64,000 bases of DNA. Source: Dudresnaya verticillata. Taxonomy: Eukaryota. The position numbers and the translations under genes were made by a program. The stretch is taken from positions 2,728,001 through 2,792,000 of the forward strand of contig OZ374559.1 in the NCBI GenBank assembly GCA_977862235.1, written 5' to 3'. Positions 30,467-43,486 of the stretch are shown in pieces. Every line of letters begins with the position of its first letter. Positions within the stretch are counted from its first letter, which is position 1. The notes below the pieces were generated by a model. It was not told the DNA's origin. It saw only the letters and a list, made by a program, of their open reading frames with translations, and ran no database searches.

Positions 30467-32879
30467 GTTGGAGTTGCGGGTTGATTTGTAAACGGGATAG
30501 AAATGTAGCACAGAAGGTGTGTTGATGTGTTGAGGAGTTGTTCTGGAAGGGTGCGGGTGCAGATGGAAAGTATGCTGTGTGAATGTGTGTGTGAGTGAAT
30601 AGAGTGTGCTTTGCTGCTGTGCAGAAGTACCGCAATGATTTAGGTGGTTTGAGTCTTTGGTGAGCCGCCCAGCACTTATATAGCCTTAAGTAAACTTCAT
30701 ACAGCATCGCCACGATCTCGGCGCAACGACCTCGCAAACCTTGACTTCATACTTTGTGAGGCGCACTGTGACACAGCACGATGGCATGTGGCTATTCTCG
30801 ACTATAGTCTAGAACAAGAACAGCGCTGCAGTTCCAACGTAACGTAACAGCTGACGCACACAGCCGCAGAAAAGTTGTGATGTACCTCGGGGAAGAAGCG
30901 TTGCGCGCCACTCGCTCTAGTAAAATGAGAGGGGGAACGAGCGCCCACCCGACGCCAACTGGCGGTGGTAGTTTAGGCACAACACCAGCGGCCAACGAGT
31001 GCGGCGGAAGAGTGAAAGACTAGGAAACATCTCCGAGATATTCCAACAGGACGGTCCAAGTATGTACACGCAGTGATATGCGGTGATAGCCTTTGGCATT
31101 CGTAGCTGCAGTTCACAGCAGCTGAACCTTTTGTCTTGACACGTTACACAAATCTCGTAGCTTCAACTGCTACCGCACGTTCTCCGTCACCGCCGCCAGC
31201 AAGCGTTCTGCCGCCAATTCACTTGGACGCTGCAGGTAGAGTCAATAGCCATCATGCGATCATGCGCTATGTGCGGCCTTTCTAACCTCGAGGCTCCCTG
31301 CACTTGTTAGAACGCTGTGCCGTTTCAAAGCTATGACCACACATAAATCCGGAAAGAGGGAACAAATGGTGTAACAGTAATAATATAACATTACCACAAT
31401 CTCACTGCATTATATCTCTGCACATCTGAGCTGCTAAGGACGACCGCATATTCTTGTTGCCCGCCTCCAGGCCACCTGTTCGCTCCAGAATGTTGCATTC
31501 CCGTCACGCCTTGCTCCACTTGCACAGCCGCAGGTGGACCGGGGCCTTGGAACACTTGGCTCAGCCACCATCTCGTAGAAAGCGGAATGGCACATATGAG
31601 CACCTAAAGCACACACAGGCACACATTACCGCACAGTCAAAGCCTTATTGACGTTTCCGTAACCTTCAAAGCACTTCATACAGTTTCAATGTATCCGACG
31701 ACGTGAATCAAACCGACCTTTGTCAAAGTACTCGCTTTGTTATACTCTCACGGCTGCCTCCAACGAGGTTCGCAAGCTCGTGCAGCATAAAAACGAACTG
31801 ATAAAAGCCCCTTCCGACTTTCTACACACTATCACAATATTCACACAGTATGCCCCTTCACGAACGTTGGCACCTTCGCGAAGTTGTATTGCAGCTGAAA
31901 TGAGAAATGAGAAAGCTCACAGTGCAAGTTGTACAGCAGCAAACACCGCCACGGTATCAGGTGTGACTTGTGTGCTCGAAAGACTCGAGACTGCCCCACT
32001 CGCTTTCCGCACATCACACTCTCAGTACGGTGCTGTTTGATTTGAATACGATGCCATTTCACAGCCGTATAGTTTATGAAGAGTATTGAGCCCGTACCGG
32101 CCGAAGAAGGTAGACACGGTACATGGTATTGCTGCTCACTCGAACTCATACAATGCAAAATGGAGCAAACTGCTGCAATTGGACGCGTGCCAATGTATCA
32201 TTGTGCCATCATAGTCACATTCTCTGAAACGGTGTTGCCTGCGCTCAGTATCCCAGAAAGATCTCAAATATCGGCAGATCTGACACGAGCGGGCACAGTA
32301 AAAGAGTAAAACATCACGACGCAGGCCAAACGAGAAAGAGGGGGAGGATGTAGGGAGGCGGAAGGAGAGGCGGCTGTAACAAAAAAAGGAGACGTGAACG
32401 TTGTGCGCGATGCCGAGGTGAAACGTGAGGCAGGGAGCCTGTTGTTGGCGCAAGCACTTTCAATATTGTTTCATCCTGTGGCTACGATTATGAATGCCGA
32501 CAATCATAGGCACAAGTGAGTCTTTCCGAGCGAACGGTAAAGGCGTTTGTTTGTAGTCGAATGCATTAGACCTAGATCCTGAGTTTCAGGGGCTTGCTAC
32601 CATGTGCAAGCGTAACATTTGATCCTCTTCTATAAAAACCACAGAGCACGCCCAACCCGGGGTTGCAATCAGGATCAGAAACCAACAGCAATCGACGCGA
32701 ACAAGCAACTCTCCAACACAACAAATCGTCTCTACAATCGGCTAAAGAATCCGAGATCACCCACACATAACCAAGTCGTGCTAACCAGAAGTCAAGTCTG
32801 TGTTACACAAACCAACTGCTATACGCAATCCGTATACGCACAATCTGCCATTCGGGGTTCATCTACAGCAACCAACAAG

Positions 32880-33371
32880 ATGAAGAAATCCTTCCTCATC
32901 TCATCTATCCTGTGCACCATCATTGGCACCTGCACAGCTGTCAGTCTCAAGCCAATCTCCGAAGTTTCTCATGCTCTCAGTAACACGTGCTCAAGCGACA
33001 CCATGATCCATTCTTCAGGATGTATGTGTCACATAATCTACAAGAACGGAAGGATGACGAAGGAGCTCCATTCGCTTTGTATTCAAGTGTTTGGACGGTC
33101 TGCCTTTGTGTCGAATGCTTTCTGCGAACCATTTATGTCCAAGGGCGTGGTGCAATTGAAATCTCTTGTGCAGAGCTCGATTTCTTGCGTCAACAGCGAT
33201 CTAAAGGGCACCTTCCGACAGCTCGTACAGGTCACATCCTTGGACAAGAATATGGGAAGGATGGAACTGTTGGCCAAGGCGGTGCGGTTCCCTTGGATTC
33301 TGGTCTTGAAGATCTTGATAATCGCGATCAAGATTGCCATTCTGATTCTGGAAGAGACTGGAGGTCCTTAG
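32880..33371 (+). CDS. Gene A copy 3
   Basis: Same translation as copy 1. Confidence 0.85.
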   Translation: MKKSFLISSILCTIIGTCTAVSLKPISEVSHALSNTCSSDTMIHSSGCMCHIIYKNGRMTKELHSLCIQVFGRSAFVSNAFCEPFMSKGVVQLKSLVQSSISCVNSDLKGTFRQLVQVTSLDKNMGRMELLAKAVRFPWILVLKILIIAIKIAILILEETGGP

Positions 33372-35090
33372 TCTTGCTGCAGTAATACATAACATGAACA
33401 TCCTTTGCTTGTGCCACTAATTGTATAAAGTAAGCAAAAATGCAGACGAATGTATAAAACGTTTTATGCTTTTCAAGCACTTCATCCCTTTATCCCTTTA
33501 TTCAAATCTTCCTACTCTCGAGGTTGTAATGCATCATTTTACAAACTTACATACAAAGTACCTCCATGTTTCCAGCAACAAATTCTCTTCTAAAGCATCA
33601 ACCACACTTCTCCATTGATTCATCCTGCCTGCATGTCCATCTTACTAATAGGATATGTCACTACCAGCAAGACCAGATCCAGTGCGACGGTTTACTTTAG
33701 TGGCTGCTCCCTTTGTTTTTGATTTTCCTCTCCTGGTGGATTACGCTCACTACCAAAAAAACAACTATCGCTTCCGCTTTGACCTAGTAGTGAAGCTTAG
33801 TGATGGTAAACTTTTAATGGTTGTTTTAGGTGGTCCCGATCGGGCGGGGCGACTTGAAGGCCCATGTGCGGGTATTAGTGACCTAAACTCATTTCAGGGC
33901 CCTACTCGGTTGTCCCGTCGACCTGCTCCTGGACGAGGCGAGTACACTCTAAACACTCTAAAGTTGAGTAAACATTTATATTCACCTGCTCCTGGCGATT
34001 TCCACCCCATGCAGGCTCTCGAGCTGAACCAGGCCATCACTCTCTTCGTCTGTACGAAATTCCCTTCGAACTTCCCCCGATGGTGATAGCCACATTGCGA
34101 GCCATTTTGTCGCCGCTTTGAACTATACGCGCATCAGGTTTTGCGAAGCTTGTACCCATTTATTGAGATTATGAAAGTCACTTATCCCTTTTGACAGTGG
34201 AGGGAAACCGACTAGCGAACTTCATCGCTGCGGAGAACGGCATCTTCCCCACCCATTAAGAGACTCGCCTTATTTACGAGTCTGTTTCTACTGTTATTGG
34301 GAATAAACTGAGCCGTTGCTTTCGAGATTGCTTGTCAACATTCGTGGGCTTCTTGACGGTGCAGAGTTGAAAAGGTAAAGATTTTCAGTGTCACAATGAG
34401 GTGTTCGAGGTACCGTAAGCATCCTCAAAAGAGATTCCTGTGGCTGGATCACTTCATTGCACACCTCTTGGTGCAGATAATCAGGTGATTATACATGACG
34501 TCACTCTCCCGTCCACTGCAATAAACTCACATCTTCGATTCGGCCATCTCATTTAGAAGAGAGATGCCTTTAGAACCAACCTTTATTTAGAAAGAGAGAC
34601 TGTGGACTGGACAGGGGAGAGGGGTAAAGCACTAGAACGCATCAGACGGGATATGGGATAATTGCGACGACTAATGCTAACTGAAACAAGTTAAGGGGGG
34701 CTTTCTATCCACTAACACTATTGTCAGTCCAGCGTAGAAGCACTTTGGTCGTGGCGTTGTATTCAGTGATCAAGACGTCTTGGAACTTGCTACGTTAAGT
34801 GAGGAGAATATTCTTGGGAGGCTGCTTCGCTGCTCATTCGGAATATCTCACAAACTATTAAGAATGGCATGTGGAGAAATTCTGGGCGGTATTTGGCGCG
34901 AAACGCAACTTGCGAGTGCATTTTACCGCCCTCTGAGCGTTCCCGCCCGACCTATTTATCGTGTCTGCACTGAACTCCGAGTTGCGTACTGCTCCCACCT
35001 ACAACCTTTCCACGCCGCGGCCCTGTGTAGAGCACATTGTCAATTCTTGCCTTGCCAAATCACCACCCCGTTCACGCTACACATTCAGAA

Positions 35091-35969
35091 ATGAAGGGCA
35101 CTGACCCTCGGCACATGTCAGCCACGGCGACAAGAACTGCGAGGCGCCTCGAAGAAGTCAAACGAGAGCTTCGCAAATCAGGCTGGTGGGCGATTCTCAA
35201 ACGCGACCTCCAGCATGCCAAGGCAGGAAGAAGGCCATACTCTCTCCAGTGTCTTGGAATCGGCTCGTTCGTCGCTGCTCAGAATTCGTTGGTTCAGTTT
35301 GCTTGTGCGTTGTTGGTCAAAGAAATGCTGGGACAACTTTCTGTTTGCACGATCACTGATCCGGTATTCAAACAGGACGATATCCAAGTCGCGCAACGAG
35401 CAGGGTTCAATGTTGTTCCCGCTTGCTCCAACAGAATGAGGACCCCTCCGGCGGGAACTTGTGCTATTCTTTTTATGCCATTCTGCCCTCTGCATCTTTG
35501 CAACGAGGTCCTTGAACAATGCAGGCGTTTCGGGTATGAAGGGATCGTGTTCTTATCCAATTCTTTTGCGGACTATGCATCGGCACGTGCTGCCAGGGGA
35601 AAGAACCCACGTTCCGATATCATCGATGAGCTTTACGAACTGAACGCTCTAATAGAGCGCGAATGCCCAAACGTTAGGATTCCAAGGAAACATGCGGCCC
35701 TTCAGGGTCTTTCTGTCCTCACGATATCTATCAACCCAGAGTCGAAAAGAGTAAGACGTACAAGAAGCAATGATAATCTTTTCCGCAGGCATGAATATCT
35801 TCAGCGGTCCAAAAGTCTCGAACCATCTTCGCGGAGAGCTCCTCCACGGCTGTTTCCATCCTGCCTTCGTCTTCCACACTTGCGAGGATCAGAAGTTGAG
35901 CTGATGAGGAGACTATACGTTTCTAAACACAAAAGGTCAAGAACGGAGGGGAGAGAGCCCAACCGTTAA
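35091..35969 (+). CDS. SRR1-domain protein, copy 3
   Basis: Same translation as copy 2. Confidence 0.8.
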   Translation: MKGTDPRHMSATATRTARRLEEVKRELRKSGWWAILKRDLQHAKAGRRPYSLQCLGIGSFVAAQNSLVQFACALLVKEMLGQLSVCTITDPVFKQDDIQVAQRAGFNVVPACSNRMRTPPAGTCAILFMPFCPLHLCNEVLEQCRRFGYEGIVFLSNSFADYASARAARGKNPRSDIIDELYELNALIERECPNVRIPRKHAALQGLSVLTISINPESKRVRRTRSNDNLFRRHEYLQRSKSLEPSSRRAPPRLFPSCLRLPHLRGSEVELMRRLYVSKHKRSRTEGREPNR

Positions 35970-36445
35970 CATTAACTGCCGCGCATTGAAGGGCTAAGGA
36001 AGTCAGATGAGAGTAACATTAAGCTTCCCGGAGGCTGGGGAGGTATCTTTTTCGACAGCAAGGTCGCAATGCGTTGAGGTTGAGGTCAAGGACAGGAAAA
36101 CTCGGCCATACATATTGATGACCAGACATAGGAATAGAATTTCATGCCCAAGTTGCCAAGTCAAAAGGTATAAACAATGGCAGTGGACGTCCACAGGCGG
36201 CTTCGGGAAAGGCGGTTGACACAAACTAGTGGGCGGCTACATTAATGTGAATCTTCTGAGCAAAAAGGATGCTGCTCTCTCCCTCTCTCCCTTGGTTACT
36301 TTCTACGCACAAATCTCACCCGCTTCCTAAAGGTCTAACAAAAAAGAGTTGTTTTATCCAGCGACACACCTGTTTCTCTCTTTTTACATCACAGTCCCAC
36401 CAGAAAACACAATATACAATAACAATGACACATCTGCCAACTCCA

Positions 36446-36976
36446 CTACAAGAACAATAGTATAATTTCGATCGCAATCTTCAAGATCTTCAGTACTAGC
36501 TTCCATGGGAACTTACGAACCACGCTCGCTTCCAGCTCCATTTTGTTCCCTGGTTCCAAGGCCGTAGACGTCGACTCGTGTTTAGATCCACGCGACAGTT
36601 GACGGAGTGATGCAGCGAGTTTGGTGCTGAGGCAGGTATTTGCACTCTTGACTAATGACATGTACTGGGTCATGCCACCGGTCATGAACGGCTCGCAGTA
36701 CTTTTCCGAATAGAAAATGGACCGCCCGAATACTTCAGTGCACAATGAAGAAAGTTCTCGTGTCATCTTCCCCTTTGATTGTACAACGTAGCACATGCAT
36801 CCTGCCGTCTGAAGAAGGTCGTCGTGTGAGCATGCGCCAGTTGTGGTGCGAGATCCATGGAGCTCTATTTTTTGAGGGACGGCGTCGTGTGTGGAAACAA
36901 TGGAGGCAGCTTTAGCTGACGTCTCGTAGACAGCGATGAGCAAGAAAATTGCGAAACAAGAGGTGGTGAACTTCAT
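36446..36976 (-). CDS. Gene B copy 3
   Basis: Same translation as copy 1. Confidence 0.85.
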   Translation of the reverse strand: MKFTTSCFAIFLLIAVYETSAKAASIVSTHDAVPQKIELHGSRTTTGACSHDDLLQTAGCMCYVVQSKGKMTRELSSLCTEVFGRSIFYSEKYCEPFMTGGMTQYMSLVKSANTCLSTKLAASLRQLSRGSKHESTSTALEPGNKMELEASVVRKFPWKLVLKILKIAIEIILLFL

Positions 36977-39389
36977 GTTGGAGTTGCGGGTTGATTTGTA
37001 AACGGGATAGAAATGTAGCACAGAAGGTGTGTTGATGTGTTGAGGAGTTGTTCTGGAAGGGTGCGGGTGCAGATGGAAAGTATGCTGTGTGAATGTGTGT
37101 GTGAGTGAATAGAGTGTGCTTTGCTGCTGTGCAGAAGTACCGCAATGATTTAGGTGGTTTGAGTCTTTGGTGAGCCGCCCAGCACTTATATAGCCTTAAG
37201 TAAACTTCATACAGCATCGCCACGATCTCGGCGCAACGACCTCGCAAACCTTGACTTCATACTTTGTGAGGCGCACTGTGACACAGCACGATGGCATGTG
37301 GCTATTCTCGACTATAGTCTAGAACAAGAACAGCGCTGCAGTTCCAACGTAACGTAACAGCTGACGCACACAGCCGCAGAAAAGTTGTGATGTACCTCGG
37401 GGAAGAAGCGTTGCGCGCCACTCGCTCTAGTAAAATGAGAGGGGGAACGAGCGCCCACCCGACGCCAACTGGCGGTGGTAGTTTAGGCACAACACCAGCG
37501 GCCAACGAGTGCGGCGGAAGAGTGAAAGACTAGGAAACATCTCCGAGATATTCCAACAGGACGGTCCAAGTATGTACACGCAGTGATATGCGGTGATAGC
37601 CTTTGGCATTCGTAGCTGCAGTTCACAGCAGCTGAACCTTTTGTCTTGACACGTTACACAAATCTCGTAGCTTCAACTGCTACCGCACGTTCTCCGTCAC
37701 CGCCGCCAGCAAGCGTTCTGCCGCCAATTCACTTGGACGCTGCAGGTAGAGTCAATAGCCATCATGCGATCATGCGCTATGTGCGGCCTTTCTAACCTCG
37801 AGGCTCCCTGCACTTGTTAGAACGCTGTGCCGTTTCAAAGCTATGACCACACATAAATCCGGAAAGAGGGAACAAATGGTGTAACAGTAATAATATAACA
37901 TTACCACAATCTCACTGCATTATATCTCTGCACATCTGAGCTGCTAAGGACGACCGCATATTCTTGTTGCCCGCCTCCAGGCCACCTGTTCGCTCCAGAA
38001 TGTTGCATTCCCGTCACGCCTTGCTCCACTTGCACAGCCGCAGGTGGACCGGGGCCTTGGAACACTTGGCTCAGCCACCATCTCGTAGAAAGCGGAATGG
38101 CACATATGAGCACCTAAAGCACACACAGGCACACATTACCGCACAGTCAAAGCCTTATTGACGTTTCCGTAACCTTCAAAGCACTTCATACAGTTTCAAT
38201 GTATCCGACGACGTGAATCAAACCGACCTTTGTCAAAGTACTCGCTTTGTTATACTCTCACGGCTGCCTCCAACGAGGTTCGCAAGCTCGTGCAGCATAA
38301 AAACGAACTGATAAAAGCCCCTTCCGACTTTCTACACACTATCACAATATTCACACAGTATGCCCCTTCACGAACGTTGGCACCTTCGCGAAGTTGTATT
38401 GCAGCTGAAATGAGAAATGAGAAAGCTCACAGTGCAAGTTGTACAGCAGCAAACACCGCCACGGTATCAGGTGTGACTTGTGTGCTCGAAAGACTCGAGA
38501 CTGCCCCACTCGCTTTCCGCACATCACACTCTCAGTACGGTGCTGTTTGATTTGAATACGATGCCATTTCACAGCCGTATAGTTTATGAAGAGTATTGAG
38601 CCCGTACCGGCCGAAGAAGGTAGACACGGTACATGGTATTGCTGCTCACTCGAACTCATACAATGCAAAATGGAGCAAACTGCTGCAATTGGACGCGTGC
38701 CAATGTATCATTGTGCCATCATAGTCACATTCTCTGAAACGGTGTTGCCTGCGCTCAGTATCCCAGAAAGATCTCAAATATCGGCAGATCTGACACGAGC
38801 GGGCACAGTAAAAGAGTAAAACATCACGACGCAGGCCAAACGAGAAAGAGGGGGAGGATGTAGGGAGGCGGAAGGAGAGGCGGCTGTAACAAAAAAAGGA
38901 GACGTGAACGTTGTGCGCGATGCCGAGGTGAAACGTGAGGCAGGGAGCCTGTTGTTGGCGCAAGCACTTTCAATATTGTTTCATCCTGTGGCTACGATTA
39001 TGAATGCCGACAATCATAGGCACAAGTGAGTCTTTCCGAGCGAACGGTAAAGGCGTTTGTTTGTAGTCGAATGCATTAGACCTAGATCCTGAGTTTCAGG
39101 GGCTTGCTACCATGTGCAAGCGTAACATTTGATCCTCTTCTATAAAAACCACAGAGCACGCCCAACCCGGGGTTGCAATCAGGATCAGAAACCAACAGCA
39201 ATCGACGCGAACAAGCAACTCTCCAACACAACAAATCGTCTCTACAATCGGCTAAAGAATCCGAGATCACCCACACATAACCAAGTCGTGCTAACCAGAA
39301 GTCAAGTCTGTGTTACACAAACCAACTGCTATACGCAATCCGTATACGCACAATCTGCCATTCGGGGTTCATCTACAGCAACCAACAAG

Positions 39390-39881
39390 ATGAAGAAATC
39401 CTTCCTCATCTCATCTATCCTGTGCACCATCATTGGCACCTGCACAGCTGTCAGTCTCAAGCCAATCTCCGAAGTTTCTCATGCTCTCAGTAACACGTGC
39501 TCAAGCGACACCATGATCCATTCTTCAGGATGTATGTGTCACATAATCTACAAGAACGGAAGGATGACGAAGGAGCTCCATTCGCTTTGTATTCAAGTGT
39601 TTGGACGGTCTGCCTTTGTGTCGAATGCTTTCTGCGAACCATTTATGTCCAAGGGCGTGGTGCAATTGAAATCTCTTGTGCAGAGCTCGATTTCTTGCGT
39701 CAACAGCGATCTAAAGGGCACCTTCCGACAGCTCGTACAGGTCACATCCTTGGACAAGAATATGGGAAGGATGGAACTGTTGGCCAAGGCGGTGCGGTTC
39801 CCTTGGATTCTGGTCTTGAAGATCTTGATAATCGCGATCAAGATTGCCATTCTGATTCTGGAAGAGACTGGAGGTCCTTAG
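39390..39881 (+). CDS. Gene A copy 4
   Basis: Same translation as copy 1. Confidence 0.85.
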   Translation: MKKSFLISSILCTIIGTCTAVSLKPISEVSHALSNTCSSDTMIHSSGCMCHIIYKNGRMTKELHSLCIQVFGRSAFVSNAFCEPFMSKGVVQLKSLVQSSISCVNSDLKGTFRQLVQVTSLDKNMGRMELLAKAVRFPWILVLKILIIAIKIAILILEETGGP

Positions 39882-41600
39882 TCTTGCTGCAGTAATACAT
39901 AACATGAACATCCTTTGCTTGTGCCACTAATTGTATAAAGTAAGCAAAAATGCAGACGAATGTATAAAACGTTTTATGCTTTTCAAGCACTTCATCCCTT
40001 TATCCCTTTATTCAAATCTTCCTACTCTCGAGGTTGTAATGCATCATTTTACAAACTTACATACAAAGTACCTCCATGTTTCCAGCAACAAATTCTCTTC
40101 TAAAGCATCAACCACACTTCTCCATTGATTCATCCTGCCTGCATGTCCATCTTACTAATAGGATATGTCACTACCAGCAAGACCAGATCCAGTGCGACGG
40201 TTTACTTTAGTGGCTGCTCCCTTTGTTTTTGATTTTCCTCTCCTGGTGGATTACGCTCACTACCAAAAAAACAACTATCGCTTCCGCTTTGACCTAGTAG
40301 TGAAGCTTAGTGATGGTAAACTTTTAATGGTTGTTTTAGGTGGTCCCGATCGGGCGGGGCGACTTGAAGGCCCATGTGCGGGTATTAGTGACCTAAACTC
40401 ATTTCAGGGCCCTACTCGGTTGTCCCGTCGACCTGCTCCTGGACGAGGCGAGTACACTCTAAACACTCTAAAGTTGAGTAAACATTTATATTCACCTGCT
40501 CCTGGCGATTTCCACCCCATGCAGGCTCTCGAGCTGAACCAGGCCATCACTCTCTTCGTCTGTACGAAATTCCCTTCGAACTTCCCCCGATGGTGATAGC
40601 CACATTGCGAGCCATTTTGTCGCCGCTTTGAACTATACGCGCATCAGGTTTTGCGAAGCTTGTACCCATTTATTGAGATTATGAAAGTCACTTATCCCTT
40701 TTGACAGTGGAGGGAAACCGACTAGCGAACTTCATCGCTGCGGAGAACGGCATCTTCCCCACCCATTAAGAGACTCGCCTTATTTACGAGTCTGTTTCTA
40801 CTGTTATTGGGAATAAACTGAGCCGTTGCTTTCGAGATTGCTTGTCAACATTCGTGGGCTTCTTGACGGTGCAGAGTTGAAAAGGTAAAGATTTTCAGTG
40901 TCACAATGAGGTGTTCGAGGTACCGTAAGCATCCTCAAAAGAGATTCCTGTGGCTGGATCACTTCATTGCACACCTCTTGGTGCAGATAATCAGGTGATT
41001 ATACATGACGTCACTCTCCCGTCCACTGCAATAAACTCACATCTTCGATTCGGCCATCTCATTTAGAAGAGAGATGCCTTTAGAACCAACCTTTATTTAG
41101 AAAGAGAGACTGTGGACTGGACAGGGGAGAGGGGTAAAGCACTAGAACGCATCAGACGGGATATGGGATAATTGCGACGACTAATGCTAACTGAAACAAG
41201 TTAAGGGGGGCTTTCTATCCACTAACACTATTGTCAGTCCAGCGTAGAAGCACTTTGGTCGTGGCGTTGTATTCAGTGATCAAGACGTCTTGGAACTTGC
41301 TACGTTAAGTGAGGAGAATATTCTTGGGAGGCTGCTTCGCTGCTCATTCGGAATATCTCACAAACTATTAAGAATGGCATGTGGAGAAATTCTGGGCGGT
41401 ATTTGGCGCGAAACGCAACTTGCGAGTGCATTTTACCGCCCTCTGAGCGTTCCCGCCCGACCTATTTATCGTGTCTGCACTGAACTCCGAGTTGCGTACT
41501 GCTCCCACCTACAACCTTTCCACGCCGCGGCCCTGTGTAGAGCACATTGTCAATTCTTGCCTTGCCAAATCACCACCCCGTTCACGCTACACATTCAGAA

Positions 41601-42479
41601 ATGAAGGGCACTGACCCTCGGCACATGTCAGCCACGGCGACAAGAACTGCGAGGCGCCTCGAAGAAGTCAAACGAGAGCTTCGCAAATCAGGCTGGTGGG
41701 CGATTCTCAAACGCGACCTCCAGCATGCCAAGGCAGGAAGAAGGCCATACTCTCTCCAGTGTCTTGGAATCGGCTCGTTCGTCGCTGCTCAGAATTCGTT
41801 GGTTCAGTTTGCTTGTGCGTTGTTGGTCAAAGAAATGCTGGGACAACTTTCTGTTTGCACGATCACTGATCCGGTATTCAAACAGGACGATATCCAAGTC
41901 GCGCAACGAGCAGGGTTCAATGTTGTTCCCGCTTGCTCCAACAGAATGAGGACCCCTCCGGCGGGAACTTGTGCTATTCTTTTTATGCCATTCTGCCCTC
42001 TGCATCTTTGCAACGAGGTCCTTGAACAATGCAGGCGTTTCGGGTATGAAGGGATCGTGTTCTTATCCAATTCTTTTGCGGACTATGCATCGGCACGTGC
42101 TGCCAGGGGAAAGAACCCACGTTCCGATATCATCGATGAGCTTTACGAACTGAACGCTCTAATAGAGCGCGAATGCCCAAACGTTAGGATTCCAAGGAAA
42201 CATGCGGCCCTTCAGGGTCTTTCTGTCCTCACGATATCTATCAACCCAGAGTCGAAAAGAGTAAGACGTACAAGAAGCAATGATAATCTTTTCCGCAGGC
42301 ATGAATATCTTCAGCGGTCCAAAAGTCTCGAACCATCTTCGCGGAGAGCTCCTCCACGGCTGTTTCCATCCTGCCTTCGTCTTCCACACTTGCGAGGATC
42401 AGAAGTTGAGCTGATGAGGAGACTATACGTTTCTAAACACAAAAGGTCAAGAACGGAGGGGAGAGAGCCCAACCGTTAA
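41601..42479 (+). CDS. SRR1-domain protein, copy 4
   Basis: Same translation as copy 2. Confidence 0.8.
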   Translation: MKGTDPRHMSATATRTARRLEEVKRELRKSGWWAILKRDLQHAKAGRRPYSLQCLGIGSFVAAQNSLVQFACALLVKEMLGQLSVCTITDPVFKQDDIQVAQRAGFNVVPACSNRMRTPPAGTCAILFMPFCPLHLCNEVLEQCRRFGYEGIVFLSNSFADYASARAARGKNPRSDIIDELYELNALIERECPNVRIPRKHAALQGLSVLTISINPESKRVRRTRSNDNLFRRHEYLQRSKSLEPSSRRAPPRLFPSCLRLPHLRGSEVELMRRLYVSKHKRSRTEGREPNR

Positions 42480-42955
42480 CATTAACTGCCGCGCATTGAA
42501 GGGCTAAGGAAGTCAGATGAGAGTAACATTAAGCTTCCCGGAGGCTGGGGAGGTATCTTTTTCGACAGCAAGGTCGCAATGCGTTGAGGTTGAGGTCAAG
42601 GACAGGAAAACTCGGCCATACATATTGATGACCAGACATAGGAATAGAATTTCATGCCCAAGTTGCCAAGTCAAAAGGTATAAACAATGGCAGTGGACGT
42701 CCACAGGCGGCTTCGGGAAAGGCGGTTGACACAAACTAGTGGGCGGCTACATTAATGTGAATCTTCTGAGCAAAAAGGATGCTGCTCTCTCCCTCTCTCC
42801 CTTGGTTACTTTCTACGCACAAATCTCACCCGCTTCCTAAAGGTCTAACAAAAAAGAGTTGTTTTATCCAGCGACACACCTGTTTCTCTCTTTTTACATC
42901 ACAGTCCCACCAGAAAACACAATATACAATAACAATGACACATCTGCCAACTCCA

Positions 42956-43486
42956 CTACAAGAACAATAGTATAATTTCGATCGCAATCTTCAAGATCTT
43001 CAGTACTAGCTTCCATGGGAACTTACGAACCACGCTCGCTTCCAGCTCCATTTTGTTCCCTGGTTCCAAGGCCGTAGACGTCGACTCGTGTTTAGATCCA
43101 CGCGACAGTTGACGGAGTGATGCAGCGAGTTTGGTGCTGAGGCAGGTATTTGCACTCTTGACTAATGACATGTACTGGGTCATGCCACCGGTCATGAACG
43201 GCTCGCAGTACTTTTCCGAATAGAAAATGGACCGCCCGAATACTTCAGTGCACAATGAAGAAAGTTCTCGTGTCATCTTCCCCTTTGATTGTACAACGTA
43301 GCACATGCATCCTGCCGTCTGAAGAAGGTCGTCGTGTGAGCATGCGCCAGTTGTGGTGCGAGATCCATGGAGCTCTATTTTTTGAGGGACGGCGTCGTGT
43401 GTGGAAACAATGGAGGCAGCTTTAGCTGACGTCTCGTAGACAGCGATGAGCAAGAAAATTGCGAAACAAGAGGTGGTGAACTTCAT
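42956..43486 (-). CDS. Gene B copy 4
   Basis: Same translation as copy 1. Confidence 0.85.
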   Translation of the reverse strand: MKFTTSCFAIFLLIAVYETSAKAASIVSTHDAVPQKIELHGSRTTTGACSHDDLLQTAGCMCYVVQSKGKMTRELSSLCTEVFGRSIFYSEKYCEPFMTGGMTQYMSLVKSANTCLSTKLAASLRQLSRGSKHESTSTALEPGNKMELEASVVRKFPWKLVLKILKIAIEIILLFL